A stretch of DNA of 64,000 bases from an uncultured delta proteobacterium (GTDB taxonomy: Bacteria; Desulfobacterota; Binatia; UBA9968), in assembly GCA_963755715.1 (NCBI GenBank), contig CAVWLW010000027.1, positions 128,001 to 192,000 on the forward strand, given 5' to 3'. A program made the position numbers and the translations under genes. Numbering within the stretch: the stretch's first letter is position 1; the number at the start of each line of letters is the position of its first letter. The notes below the pieces were generated by a model. It worked only from the letters and a program-made list of their open reading frames with translations, was not told the origin of the DNA and did no database searches. Below, one piece after another: positions 30,436 to 40,208 of this stretch.

Positions 30436-31785
30436 TCAAACTAAAAATTTATTGGCGCTTTCAAGCACTCGATCGAGCATTCTGTTCGACTCGCCGACGT
30501 AGTTCTCCGGCTTGCCCAGAACCTGCCAGTCGACCGTGCCGTCGCCAATTTCGCCCTTCGATAAATCACGCACGACATCAATCAGCGGTTTGCCGTCAGC
30601 CACCGCCACCGCGCACGCTTTTTTTACCAGCTCTTCGGCCTTAAGCCGCGGCATCAGCTTGGCAAGGGCAAAGACCGCGGCTTCCGCGAGAATGACGTCG
30701 TTAGCGCGGGCGATATTGGCCCTCATTGCAGTGGAGTCCACTTGCAGATTCCTCGCCAGATAGAGCGCATGCTGGAGCGCGCCGCCGGTGAGAAGCATCA
30801 TTTGCGGCAGGGTCAGCCATTCCATCTGCCAACCATGCGTGGCGCGCTCTTGTTCCTGGATCTGCGCCTGGTGCATTGCTGACAACAAGGAAGCATTCGT
30901 GCGTGCCGCGGCGACGATCAGCTCGCTCGTGATCGGGTTGGCCTTCTGCGGCATCGTGCTGCTGCCGCCGCGGCCTCTCTCCGACGACTCACCGATCTCA
31001 CCGACTTCAGTCTGCGCCATGAGAATAATATCCTGCGCCATCTTGCCGAGCGTTCCCGTGACGAGACTCAGCCAGCTCGCAAACTCAACAAATGAATCGC
31101 GCTGCGCATGCCAAGGCATCGCCGGGACGCCTAATTTGAGCTCCTTAGCCAATTCTTCCGCAACGGCCAAACCCTTATCGCCCAGAGCCGCCAATGTCCC
31201 GGCGGCGCCGCCGAACTGCACGACGAGCAGGCGCGGCTGGATTTCCTCGAGACGTTGCAAGTGGCGCACAAGCGGCGCCAGCCAATTCGCGACCTTCAAG
31301 CCGAAAGTCACCGGCAACGCCTGCTGCCCGTGTGTGCGAGCGGCTAGGATCGTATTTCGATGCCGATCGGCCAGCGCGCTCAAGTGGCGCACCACCTCTT
31401 GGAGCCTCGTCTTGAATGACTTGATCGCCGCTCGAAGCTGCAAGACACAAGCGGTATCCATGATGTCCTGCGTGGTCGCGCCCCAGTGAACGAATGACGC
31501 CGCATCAGCGCTCACTTGTTTACGCAGCTCTTGAACCAACGCGATGATCGGAAAACCCGAACGCACCGTCCCCTTCGCCAGCGCAGCGACGTCAATCTTT
31601 TCTGCTTGAACATGGGCTATCTGCTCAGCCGCGTTTGTGGGGATGACGCCGGCGCGAGCCTCAGCACGAGCTAAAGCAATCTCGACTTCGACGAGAGCGC
31701 GCACCAAGGCCGCATCGCTGAGCAGCGTCGCGATCTCGTCATCGCTGAAGAGCGGACCCAAAATGGCTGAATCGAGCGCCGTCAT
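30436..31785 (-). CDS. pcaB: 3-carboxy-cis,cis-muconate cycloisomerase
   Basis: HWGATTQDIMDT and fumarate-lyase signature GGSSTMPQKANP. pca context. Confidence 0.9.
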   Translation of the reverse strand: MTALDSAILGPLFSDDEIATLLSDAALVRALVEVEIALARAEARAGVIPTNAAEQIAHVQAEKIDVAALAKGTVRSGFPIIALVQELRKQVSADAASFVHWGATTQDIMDTACVLQLRAAIKSFKTRLQEVVRHLSALADRHRNTILAARTHGQQALPVTFGLKVANWLAPLVRHLQRLEEIQPRLLVVQFGGAAGTLAALGDKGLAVAEELAKELKLGVPAMPWHAQRDSFVEFASWLSLVTGTLGKMAQDIILMAQTEVGEIGESSERGRGGSSTMPQKANPITSELIVAAARTNASLLSAMHQAQIQEQERATHGWQMEWLTLPQMMLLTGGALQHALYLARNLQVDSTAMRANIARANDVILAEAAVFALAKLMPRLKAEELVKKACAVAVADGKPLIDVVRDLSKGEIGDGTVDWQVLGKPENYVGESNRMLDRVLESANKFLV

Positions 31786-31815
31786 CGGATAAACCTAATT
31801 TGATAATTCTGTTTC

Positions 31816-31913
31816 TGTCATTCCGAACGAACGTGAGGAATCTTTCTCCAGTCCTAACGACACACCGTCTCAACGTTTAAAAAGAAAGATTTCTCCTTTC
31901 AGTCGAAATAACA
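31816..31913. repeat. Intergenic palindromic element, TGTCATT...GAATCT / AGATTTCTC...GTCGAAATAACA family
   Basis: The arm gaaagatttctc-N6-gtcgaaataaca recurs at 41104-41133. Related half-copies lie at about 33358, 42590 and 45520. Confidence 0.7.
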
Positions 31914-31976
31914 GAAGCTAAGTGATGAACGCCCGAACCATCACCCGCACGAGTACAAAATCGGCTTTCGTGTCCT

Positions 31977-32008
31977 CACTCCAACACTCCACTACTCCAT
32001 CATTCCAA
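31977..32008. repeat. Octamer tandem repeat (ACTCCA core)
   Basis: cactccaa cactccac tactccat cattccaa. Same family as 48761-48839. Confidence 0.7.
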
Positions 32009-32023
32009 TTTGCCCGCGCCCCC

Positions 32024-32596
32024 TCACATATCAAAGAAAACTGTTTCGTTGTCTCCCTGTAAGCGAATGTCGAAGCGATAAACGGTCTTGCCGTTTTCCA
32101 TTCCGGGCGACGCAATCAAAGTCTGCCGCCGCTTTTTGTTTTTGATCGAGTTCAGCACCGGATCGCTCGCATTGGCCGGCTCGTCGGCGAAATACAGCCG
32201 CGTGTACGCATGCACCAGCATACCGCGCGCAAAAACGACAACGTTGATGTGCGGCGCTTGTACCGATTCATCATTTCCCGGCACCGGACCGGGCTTGACG
32301 GTTTCAAAGGTGTAAAAACATTTTTCGTCGGTGCCTGAACGGCCCCAGCCGGTGAAAGTCGGATCGAGAGGTTTTTCTTGTTTGTCGTCGGGATGGTTGT
32401 AGCGGCCGTAGGTGTTGGCTTGCCAAATCTCGACCATGACATCGGGAATCGCCACGCCGTCGCCGTCGAAGACTTGCCCCTCAATGCGAATCCGCTGGCC
32501 TTGGGTCGCGTCCGTCGCCATGACATTCATCGGCTTGCGCGTGAGTCCGATGGAATAGAACGGCCCGACCGTCTGTGACGGGGTTTGCTTCCTCAT
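32024..32596 (-). CDS. pcaG: Protocatechuate 3,4-dioxygenase alpha subunit
   Basis: TPSQTVGPFY, EIWQAN, QAPHINVVVFARG and YRFDIRLQG..ETVFFD. Confidence 0.95.
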   Translation of the reverse strand: MRKQTPSQTVGPFYSIGLTRKPMNVMATDATQGQRIRIEGQVFDGDGVAIPDVMVEIWQANTYGRYNHPDDKQEKPLDPTFTGWGRSGTDEKCFYTFETVKPGPVPGNDESVQAPHINVVVFARGMLVHAYTRLYFADEPANASDPVLNSIKNKKRRQTLIASPGMENGKTVYRFDIRLQGDNETVFFDM

Positions 32597-33306
32597 CTAG
32601 ATTCCTCAAACGGCGTGGCCTTTCTGCCGCGCAGCACGATGTCGAAGCGATAGCCGAGTGCAAACTCGGGCTCGCTCACGTCATGAGCATAGCTCGACAT
32701 CAGACGCTCGCGCCCGCTCTTGGTCGGCACCGAATTCAAAATCGGATCGAGTGGAATCAATGGATCGCCGGGAAAGAAAAATTGCGTTACCAAGCGGGTG
32801 ACAAAGCTCGGCCCGAATAAGGAGAGATGAATATGGGCCGGCCGCCACGCGTTGGGATGATTGAGCCACGGATAAGCGCCGGGCTTGATCGTCAAGTATC
32901 GATACTCGCCTTTTTCGTCGGTCACGCAGCGCCCCGCGCCGGTGAAGTTCGGATCGAGCGGCGCGTTGTGTTGATCGACGGGGTGGCGATAGCGCCCGGC
33001 CGCGTTGGCCTGCCAGATCTCGATCAGCGTATTCGGCACCGGCTTATCGTCTTCGTCCAAGACCCGGCCGACTACGATAATGCGCTCGCCCATCGCCTCT
33101 TTTCCAGTGTCGGCATCGCGCGTGAGATCGTTCTCGCCGGGCTCCAGTTTGATATCGCTGAACAACGGCCCGGTGATTTCCGACAAAGTCTGCTGGATCG
33201 GCACGAGCCTTTTTAACGGCCCGCGTTTAACGGAAGACCCGTAGTCTTTAAACGTATAAGGCGGATGAGATTTCCAGTCGCGCGGATTGTATTCTTGAAT
33301 GCGCAT
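32593..33306 (-). CDS. pcaH: Protocatechuate 3,4-dioxygenase beta subunit
   Basis: SEITGP, EIWQANAAGRYRH, TIKPGAYPW.NH.NAWRPAHIH and YRFDIVLRG. Likely start MRIQEY at 33306. Confidence 0.95.
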   Translation of the reverse strand: MRIQEYNPRDWKSHPPYTFKDYGSSVKRGPLKRLVPIQQTLSEITGPLFSDIKLEPGENDLTRDADTGKEAMGERIIVVGRVLDEDDKPVPNTLIEIWQANAAGRYRHPVDQHNAPLDPNFTGAGRCVTDEKGEYRYLTIKPGAYPWLNHPNAWRPAHIHLSLFGPSFVTRLVTQFFFPGDPLIPLDPILNSVPTKSGRERLMSSYAHDVSEPEFALGYRFDIVLRGRKATPFEESR

Positions 33307-33394
33307 AAGAGCTTCCTTCTTTGGTCGATTACGATCCGACAACAGAAGAGGAGTGTCGATCGCTGAACGCAGTGAAGGATCTCGACCTGAATTT

Positions 33395-33784
33395 TCACTT
33401 TTTACCTTCAGCCTCCATCTCCTTATACGTCCGTTTGGCGATAGCGAAAGCCGAGTTCGCCGCCGGCGCACCCGCATAGACTGCGACTTGCAGAAGAATT
33501 TCTTTGACTTCTTCTTTCGTGACTCCGGTGTTGCGGGTCGCACGAATATGCGCGCCAAGCTCTTCAAGTCTACCCAATGACGCGAGCATGGCGATAGTCA
33601 ACATGCTGCGCGTCCGCCTTTCGAGTCCGGGCCTGCTCCACACCGCCGCCCAGGCGTGCTCCGTCACGTAACGCTGCCAGTCTTCGTCGAACTCCGTTTT
33701 GTTCGCTTCCGCGCGCGCGACGTAGTCGGCGCCGAGCACCGCTTTACGCGTCGCCATGCCCTTGTCAAATAAATCGTCAGACAA
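33395..33784 (-). CDS. pcaC: 4-carboxymuconolactone decarboxylase
   Basis: GMATRKAVLG..YV, AWAAVWSRPGL and LLQVAVYAGAPAAN. Confidence 0.92.
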   Translation of the reverse strand: MSDDLFDKGMATRKAVLGADYVARAEANKTEFDEDWQRYVTEHAWAAVWSRPGLERRTRSMLTIAMLASLGRLEELGAHIRATRNTGVTKEEVKEILLQVAVYAGAPAANSAFAIAKRTYKEMEAEGKK

Positions 33785-34571
33785 TTTGCACCTCCTGAAA
33801 GAACCGCAACATTTTCTGAGTCAGAATGTCCGGCTGTTCGATACACGGCAGATGGGCGGCGTTTTCAATCAAGGAAAACTGCGCGCCCGAAATCAATTCC
33901 GCGAGCTCGCGGCCAAGCTCCGGCGGCGTCGCGATATCTTGTGCGCCGCACAGAACCAACGTCGGACAGCGGACTGTCGCGAGGGTCGCGCGAAAATCCG
34001 CGTCTCGCAACGCGCAACAAGTTCCAATATATCCTTCCACCGAGGTTTGCAGCAGCATGTTCGAGTAACCGCGAATATCGGCGGAGCGGCGCGCCCGAAA
34101 CGTTGGCGAAAACCACCGCTCCATCGTCGGCGATTCAAGCGCTTGGAGACCGCCTGCTCGCACTATTTCGATACGTTGCCGCCAAGATTCGATGGAGCCG
34201 ATCCGCGCCCCGGTATCGCACAGAACCAGAGCGCGCACACGCTTCGGGTAATTCAATGCGAACGCCTGCGCGATCAAGCCGCCTACGGATACACCGCATA
34301 GCACCGCCTGTTCGATTTCGAGAGCATCGAGCACGCCGGCAACGTCTTGCGCGAGATCGTTGATGGAATAAGGCGACGGTGGCGCATCGCTTAAGCCATG
34401 TCCTCGTTTATCGTAGCGAACTACTCTGAAATTTTCGTCCAGGCAATTGGTTACGTCATCCCAAATCCTAAGGTCCGTGCCGAGAGAATTGGCGAACAGC
34501 AGCGCTGGCTTGCTCTTCGCCCCCGAGCTCACATAATGGTGGACGTTATTGTTAATCCGAGCGAAGGCCAC
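33777..34571 (-). CDS. pcaD: 3-oxoadipate enol-lactonase
   Basis: FANSLGTDLRIWD, YDKRGHG, GVSVGG nucleophile elbow and AHLPCIEQP. Confidence 0.92.
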   Translation of the reverse strand: MAFARINNNVHHYVSSGAKSKPALLFANSLGTDLRIWDDVTNCLDENFRVVRYDKRGHGLSDAPPSPYSINDLAQDVAGVLDALEIEQAVLCGVSVGGLIAQAFALNYPKRVRALVLCDTGARIGSIESWRQRIEIVRAGGLQALESPTMERWFSPTFRARRSADIRGYSNMLLQTSVEGYIGTCCALRDADFRATLATVRCPTLVLCGAQDIATPPELGRELAELISGAQFSLIENAAHLPCIEQPDILTQKMLRFFQEVQIV

Positions 34572-34603
34572 TTCGCTATTCCTCGTTCAGGCTGAAGCCG
34601 AAG

Positions 34604-35173
34604 CTAAATATCCCCTCGGACATAACGGATCAGCCGGTCGATCCCCGCAAACATAACCCGGCGCTCATTCGGGTCGAGCTGGGCAATCAGTCGGCGCTGG
34701 CGCTCTCGATTCATGCGCATGACAATTTCGTACTTTTTCTTTCCCTGCTTGGTAATCGCGAAAACCGCGCTGCGCTCGTCGGCGGAATCTTTACTTCGGA
34801 GCGTATAACCGCGGCGCACGAGCGCTGCCGCGGCCCGGCTAATTTGCGATTTGGCCATGTAGGTTCGCGCCGCGATGCCGCGAACCGTCGTCGGCGAATT
34901 TGTCGCCAATTGGCCCAGCACGCGCCACTCGGCGATAGACAAATCATGATGTTCGGCGAGCATCTTCTTGAGCTGCCGATCGAGCAATCGATAGAGAAGA
35001 TTGATGCGAAAGGTGAGAAAGTCCTTGATCTGCCATTTACTGGTATCGGGTCCGAGCCCGTCATCGCGGCCTAACCCCTGTTTGGAATCCGAATCGGCCG
35101 CTCCGCCGGTTCGATCGGTGAACTTCGGAAATGACTTTTGTATTGCGTGACTGCTCTTTCGCATGCCGGTCAA
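34604..35173 (-). CDS. MarR family transcriptional regulator
   Basis: LSIAEWRVL, KSQISRAAAALV.RG and DERSAVFAITKQG. The start may be ATG 35164. Confidence 0.88.
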   Translation of the reverse strand: MTGMRKSSHAIQKSFPKFTDRTGGAADSDSKQGLGRDDGLGPDTSKWQIKDFLTFRINLLYRLLDRQLKKMLAEHHDLSIAEWRVLGQLATNSPTTVRGIAARTYMAKSQISRAAAALVRRGYTLRSKDSADERSAVFAITKQGKKKYEIVMRMNRERQRRLIAQLDPNERRVMFAGIDRLIRYVRGDI

Positions 35174-35218
35174 GCTTTCTACGTAAGCGCGTATCCTAGC
35201 GAAAACCGCTTGATCATT

Positions 35219-36229
35219 TCAACCGAGGCGGAGCAGTTTGCGCGCGTTTTCCTCGTAGATTTTCTTTTTGTCCTCGATCGAAGCCGTGATGTTGTCGATG
35301 ACACGAATCGTTTCACGGATAAATCCGGGACCTTTTTCCGGATCGAACGGCATGTCGGTGCCGAAGAGCACATGGTCCGAGCCGAAGAAAGCCAAGCCGC
35401 ACTCGGTGGCCGGCAAGGCGCCGAACAAAGCCGTGTCCGCGTAAAACATTCTAAAATAGTCGAAGGGCCGTTTTTTGAGACGGCCTAGGGTCCCCACGTC
35501 GTGTTCGTCATCCGTGCGCCGGCCAAGCTGATCCAACCCCCCGCCGATGCGCCCTTCAAAATAGGGAATCATGGCGCCCATATGATGCGTGATGATTTTT
35601 AGATCGGGATTCTCGTCGAACACGCCTGACAGCGCGAGACGCCCCATGGCGACGCTCGTTTCATAAGGCCAGCCGAAAGCCCACCAGAGATCGTATTTCG
35701 AGCGGTTCTCGTTTTTGTAGTCGGCGAAGTCCGGCGATCTCGTCGGGTGCAACCAGATGGGGTAATCCAATTGAGCCATGAGCGAAAACAACGGACGGAA
35801 CTCCGGCTCGTCCAGCGGCCTGCCGTTCACGTTGGAACCGATCTGAACGCCACGCGCGCCAAGCTCTTTCACCGCCCGCTCCGCTTCGCGCAGCGTGGCA
35901 TCGGGATTGTTCAACGGCAGCGACGCAACGAACGCAGGAAAATGTTTCGGATATTTGCTCACCAGCTCGGCCATGCTGTCGTTCGCCAGCTTGGCGAGAT
36001 CCGGACTCTCCTTGGGACCCGCAACCACTTCGATCGGCGGCAAATTGAGCGTCAGCACCTGCGCGTAATCCTGATACTGCTCCATAATGCGAAAGCGAAC
36101 GTCGAGATCGTACATAACGGGAATATCCCGCACGCGCTTTTGCATGTATGCGCTCCGGCTGCTCATGGACAACATCTTGTCGAAATAAGGTTTGGGCAAG
36201 ATATGCGGAAAAACGTCGATCTTCGTCAT
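35219..36229 (-). CDS. Amidohydrolase_2 family protein (ACMSD/LigW decarboxylase-like)
   Basis: IDVFPH, IWLHP, FGWPYETS, IITHHMGAMIP, FGTDMPF and IYEENA. Confidence 0.85.
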   Translation of the reverse strand: MTKIDVFPHILPKPYFDKMLSMSSRSAYMQKRVRDIPVMYDLDVRFRIMEQYQDYAQVLTLNLPPIEVVAGPKESPDLAKLANDSMAELVSKYPKHFPAFVASLPLNNPDATLREAERAVKELGARGVQIGSNVNGRPLDEPEFRPLFSLMAQLDYPIWLHPTRSPDFADYKNENRSKYDLWWAFGWPYETSVAMGRLALSGVFDENPDLKIITHHMGAMIPYFEGRIGGGLDQLGRRTDDEHDVGTLGRLKKRPFDYFRMFYADTALFGALPATECGLAFFGSDHVLFGTDMPFDPEKGPGFIRETIRVIDNITASIEDKKKIYEENARKLLRLG

Positions 36230-36382
36230 GGTTCCCTCCCAGCTGATTTGAATGGGTTAAAGAAGATAGTCGACTTATTAACGTTCACTTTGCAACGAAT
36301 TTACCAATCCCACCTGATCCAGTCAACGACGACACGGATCCTTGTTCTCAACTTGAGATGGGAGCGAATCCAATCCTGACCT

Positions 36383-36412
36383 TTGACTTCCAGGCACGGA
36401 GGTAAGTAGAAT
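36383..36412 (+). promoter_or_regulatory. Sigma70-like promoter for the DsbA-like selenoprotein gene
   Basis: TTGACT-18 nt-TAGAAT, followed by an AAGGAG RBS and ATG 36442. Confidence 0.55.
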
Positions 36413-36441
36413 CAAAAAGCTGAGAGAGAAAGGAGACGATC

Positions 36442-37056
36442 ATGCCGGAACCGCTCGTTCTCGAAGTTTTTTCCGATTTTGTTTGACCGTGGTGCTACCT
36501 CGTCACCGGGCGTGTCGAGAAACTGAAGCAGAATTACGGTCTGGAGATTAAGTTCACTCAATTCCCACTGCATCCGGAGACTCCCGAAGAAGGCAGCGTG
36601 CGCGGGCCGGAGATCATCGCGCGCAACCAGCGCATGAAAACGAACATGGAGCAGGAGGGTTTGCCTTTCAATGCCGAACGCAACATGTCCTACAATAGCC
36701 GGCTCGCCCAGGAATTATCGAAATGGGCCGAAGGCAAAGGCAAGGGTGATGAAATCCATGACGCTCTCTTTCGCGCTTACTTTGTCGACGTGAAGAACAT
36801 CGGCAAAGCGGAGGTGCTCGCGGAGATTGCCGCGGAACGCGGTTTGCCGGCCGACGAAGCGACCGACGTCTTGTTAAGCCGGAAATTTAAAGATGCCGTC
36901 GACGAGGACTGGCGCCGTTGCGCCACCTATGGCGTCAACGCCGTGCCGACTTTTCTGGCTGGAAAATATTTAATGGTCGGGGCGCAGCCCTACGAAGAAT
37001 TGCAGCGCTTGATCGAGCATGTAGTAAAGTCACCGTCTGATCAAACCGCGGGATAA
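36442..37056 (+). CDS. DsbA/FrnE-like thioredoxin-fold selenoprotein (UPWC, Sec codon at 36484-36486)
   Basis: MPEPLVLEVFSDFV-TGA-PWCY is in frame with ORF 36598-37056 (GVNAVPTF cis-Pro, GAQPY). FPLHP lies between them. The TGA sits at the first Cys position of the family CPWC motif. Confidence 0.88.
36499..36519 (+). promoter_or_regulatory. Candidate bacterial SECIS hairpin
   Basis: CTCG-T-CAC[CGGGC]GTG-T-CGAG starts 12 nt after the UGA. The apical loop is about 20 nt downstream with G in position 2. Confidence 0.6.
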
Positions 37057-37208
37057 CAGATCCCATCGGCTAATTCCGATCGAGCGAGGCCTTCGTGATC
37101 GACGTCTGCGGCTGATTTTGATAGCGCGCTGATGGAGTCGAAATTGATTCTCGAACGGTGAAAGCTCTCAAATTCATGCGTGAGGATTAGAAAACACCTA
37201 TACTTAAG

Positions 37209-38203
37209 ATGCAACCTCTAGTCATCCGATCACTTTTCGTATTATTTTCTCTGATTCCCCTATTCAATCTTGCCGCGCAACAACGCCACCTTCATAGTAG
37301 CGCGGGTGTCGGCGGTGCGCAGATTCCCCTCTGGACCGGGAAGGACCTGGGAACATTTCGCAAATATCAATTGGACGTGGAAAGTGTTCTGATCTCGGGA
37401 GGAGCGCGCGGAATGCAAGCGCTACTCGGCGGGAGCGTTCATTCCGCGAATATGGCGGCCATGGTTCCCATCCGTACGAGTCTCGCCGGTGGAGATGTGG
37501 TCATCGTCGGCGGGTTTCTAAACAAAAATTTGCTGAAGTTCGTCGCGCAAAAAACCATCACGAAGCCTGGAGATCTTCGTGGGAAAAAAGTCGGCATTGC
37601 CAATTTCGGCGGATCAAACGAATTTGGCGTTCTGCTCGCGCTTCGAGAATGGGGCATTCCACGCGAAGCGGTAAATATCATTCCCGGCGGCGGCAGCGCT
37701 GCGCGACTAATCGCGATGGAGCGCGCGGCTTGGATGCCACTGTCATTTCGTATGACCATGCCCTCATAGCTGCGCAAAAGGGAATGACTATTTTAGGTGA
37801 CCTGGCCGAGATCGTACCGGAGTTCCCCGACAGACTGATCGTTGCGCGTCGTTCGTTTCTTGATAAGGAGCGCGATACCATCAAGCGTTTTCTCCAAGCG
37901 CTTAGCGAGTCCATCTACCAAGTCAGTACCCAGCGCGAAAAAATCCTACCCATTATTAGCAGACACCTAAAAGTGGATCGCAAAGTAGCGGAAGAGACCT
38001 ATGATCTCTACCACAACGTATTTTCTTTACCGCCTCGGGTCGGCCGTAAAGGTGTTAGAGATGTCGCTGACGTCGTTCTGCAACAGATGGGACGCCCAAA
38101 AGAGGAAGTAAATTTGAGCCGGCTCATCGACGAAAGCCTGATCGATGAACTGGAGAGAGAAGGCTTTTTTAATAAATTGCAGAAGGAATACACGCAGAGA
38201 TAA
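37209..38203 (+). CDS. NMT1/SsuA-like solute-binding protein, frameshift near 37725
   Basis: FRKYQLDVE and DLRGKKVGIANFGG, continuing as LDATVISY...IDESLIDELEREGF. Confidence 0.8.
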
Positions 38204-38280
38204 ACGACATCGGCGACTGTAATATTTTGTAGTGCCAGCGAAGTTTGCACGCGTATTAAAAATTAGAAAGGAGCTTTACA

Positions 38281-39162
38281 ATGATAGCAAAGATCAAACA
38301 TGTGGCGTTTATGAGTCACAACGCGCCCCGGCTCTGCCGATTCTATGAGTGCTTGTTTGGGCTAACTCGGGCAAGGGCAGATACCTCCCCGGCATCCGAG
38401 GAAGAGTTTGCCAAGCGTTTCGGCAATCCACTTTTATCGACCAAACGCGTTGCCAAACCTTACGATGCAACGGTGATAGCGGGCGATGGCAACGTTGGGG
38501 TGGCGTTCCTGCGCCGGCGACCGGGATATCCAGCCGGCATAGATCACTTTGGCATCGAGGTGGACGACCTGGACCGCGTTTTCAGCCGCTACAAGGAAAA
38601 ATATCCCGCAGTGGGAGTGGTGAAGAGACCAAGCAACCGACCTTTTGCGTCTTTCAGCTCACACGATCCTGAAGGCCATCTGTTCGACCTGAGCCAGCCC
38701 GGTTTGGATAACGTCCGCGGCGTTTGGGCCGAGTCCGATCGGGAGCAAGATCGCCATATCAAGCACCTGACGATACGCGCCATCAATCCGGGTGCGTTGG
38801 CGCGCTTTTATGTGGACGTCTTCGAATTTAAAGAAGAGGAAAAAGCGTTGGAAGATCCGAATTTTTACCTCACCGACGGCAAAGTCACGTTGATCCTGAC
38901 GCCGTGGAAAATCGAGGACTATCACGGCGCCGAACACCGGGGTCCTGGACTCGACCACGTCGGATTCAAGGTAGAAAACATGGAGATGTTTAGAAAAGAC
39001 TTCGATGTTTTGACCAGCGTGGATCCTGAGTGGATGACTCCGAAGGCTCCCAATCAGGCTTCTGAACACGATGTCGTACTGCGACTACTCTCGGCTTGTC
39101 GTTACGGCCGACATCAACTGGCCGATCCGGACGGGAATTTCATAGACGTAACCGATCAATAA
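38281..39162 (+). CDS. VOC/glyoxalase family protein with two domains, paralog of 18629-19441
   Basis: IKHVAF, GIDHFGIEV, HDPEGHLFDLSQ, YLTDGKV, GLDHVGFKV and LADPDGNFIDV. Confidence 0.85.
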   Translation: MIAKIKHVAFMSHNAPRLCRFYECLFGLTRARADTSPASEEEFAKRFGNPLLSTKRVAKPYDATVIAGDGNVGVAFLRRRPGYPAGIDHFGIEVDDLDRVFSRYKEKYPAVGVVKRPSNRPFASFSSHDPEGHLFDLSQPGLDNVRGVWAESDREQDRHIKHLTIRAINPGALARFYVDVFEFKEEEKALEDPNFYLTDGKVTLILTPWKIEDYHGAEHRGPGLDHVGFKVENMEMFRKDFDVLTSVDPEWMTPKAPNQASEHDVVLRLLSACRYGRHQLADPDGNFIDVTDQ

Positions 39163-39209
39163 ATTGTTTGGCGAGAATAACGATGCCGCTCACTTTTCGG
39201 AGGACCTGG

Positions 39210-40204
39210 ATGAGCATGGAAAGATGTATCGCTACTTTAATCGCGCTTTCATTCATCCTGTTAAGTCCCACGGCTGAAACTGCGTTTTCTGCCGATAAAG
39301 CGGACAAACTAACGCAGGTCCGCATGGGCTTGGCAGCAAGAAGCACGACTTCCATGCCCTTCTTCGTTGCCAAGGAGCGCGGCTTTTTCCGCGAGGAAGG
39401 ATTAGACGTCGAGCTGATCGTCATGCAGGCGATTCAAACCATTCAGGCGACGATGGGGAAAAGCTTACAATTTGCCTCAGCAACCGGCTCGGCGGTGAGC
39501 GCCGCGGTCAACGGCGCCGACATCAAAGTGATCTTGGCCGTCACGGACCGGCCGTCGTTCGATCTCATCGCTCAGCCGAATATTACCAGCATCCAACAAT
39601 TGCGCGGCAAGAAAATCGGCACCGGCGGTGTCGGCTCTTTGGCGGAAATTCTCTCGCGCCGCATTTTGACCGCTAACAACGTTCGCCCCGAAGAGGTGAC
39701 TATTCTGGCTACCGGCCCAAGCCACGTCACCTACATGTCTTTGAAAGCGAAAGTGATCGATGCCGCGCCGCTGCAGATGCCCCTGACCTTCACCGCGCAA
39801 GACGAAGGTTTTCGCAAGCTCGCAGCCGCCGGGCGACGTCTATCAATCCGTGCAGGGCGGTCTCGCGACGACCAAAGCCGTCCTAACGGAACAGCCCGAA
39901 ATGGTGACCAAAGTAGTCCGCGCCATGCTGCGTGCGATTCGGCTTATCAAAAACGACAGAAAGTACGGCATCGAATTCATCAAAGGACCGTGGCTCGATC
40001 TCGGCAAAGAGCGCGGACAAGATCGCCGCGCGCGTCTATGACGTCGCGGCGCCGGATCTTTTGGAAAACGGCATAGTCAGCGACGAAATTCAGCGGCAGA
40101 TGATCGCAGATGCGTCATCGCGGATAAAGCCGGCGCATCCGGTGCTGCCCGAGCAGGCTTTCGACTTTAGCATCGCCCGTAAGGTCAGCGCGACGTTGAA
40201 GTAG
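39210..40204 (+). CDS. NMT1/SsuA-like solute-binding protein, frameshifts near 39835 and 40010
   Basis: Signal peptide, RGFFREEGLDVELI, LRGKKIGTGG and C-terminal FDFSIARKV. Confidence 0.8.
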
Positions 40205-40208
40205 CTGA

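Noticed and set aside
32593-33567. 324-aa PcaH with a long N-terminal extension
   Set aside because: The extension overlaps pcaC and a repeat element. The start at 33306 has an AAGGAAG RBS and gives a normal length.
36282-36297. Imperfect palindrome cgttcactttgcaacg as a MarR operator
   Set aside because: Single imperfect copy. The position is plausible but the sequence alone does not support the call.
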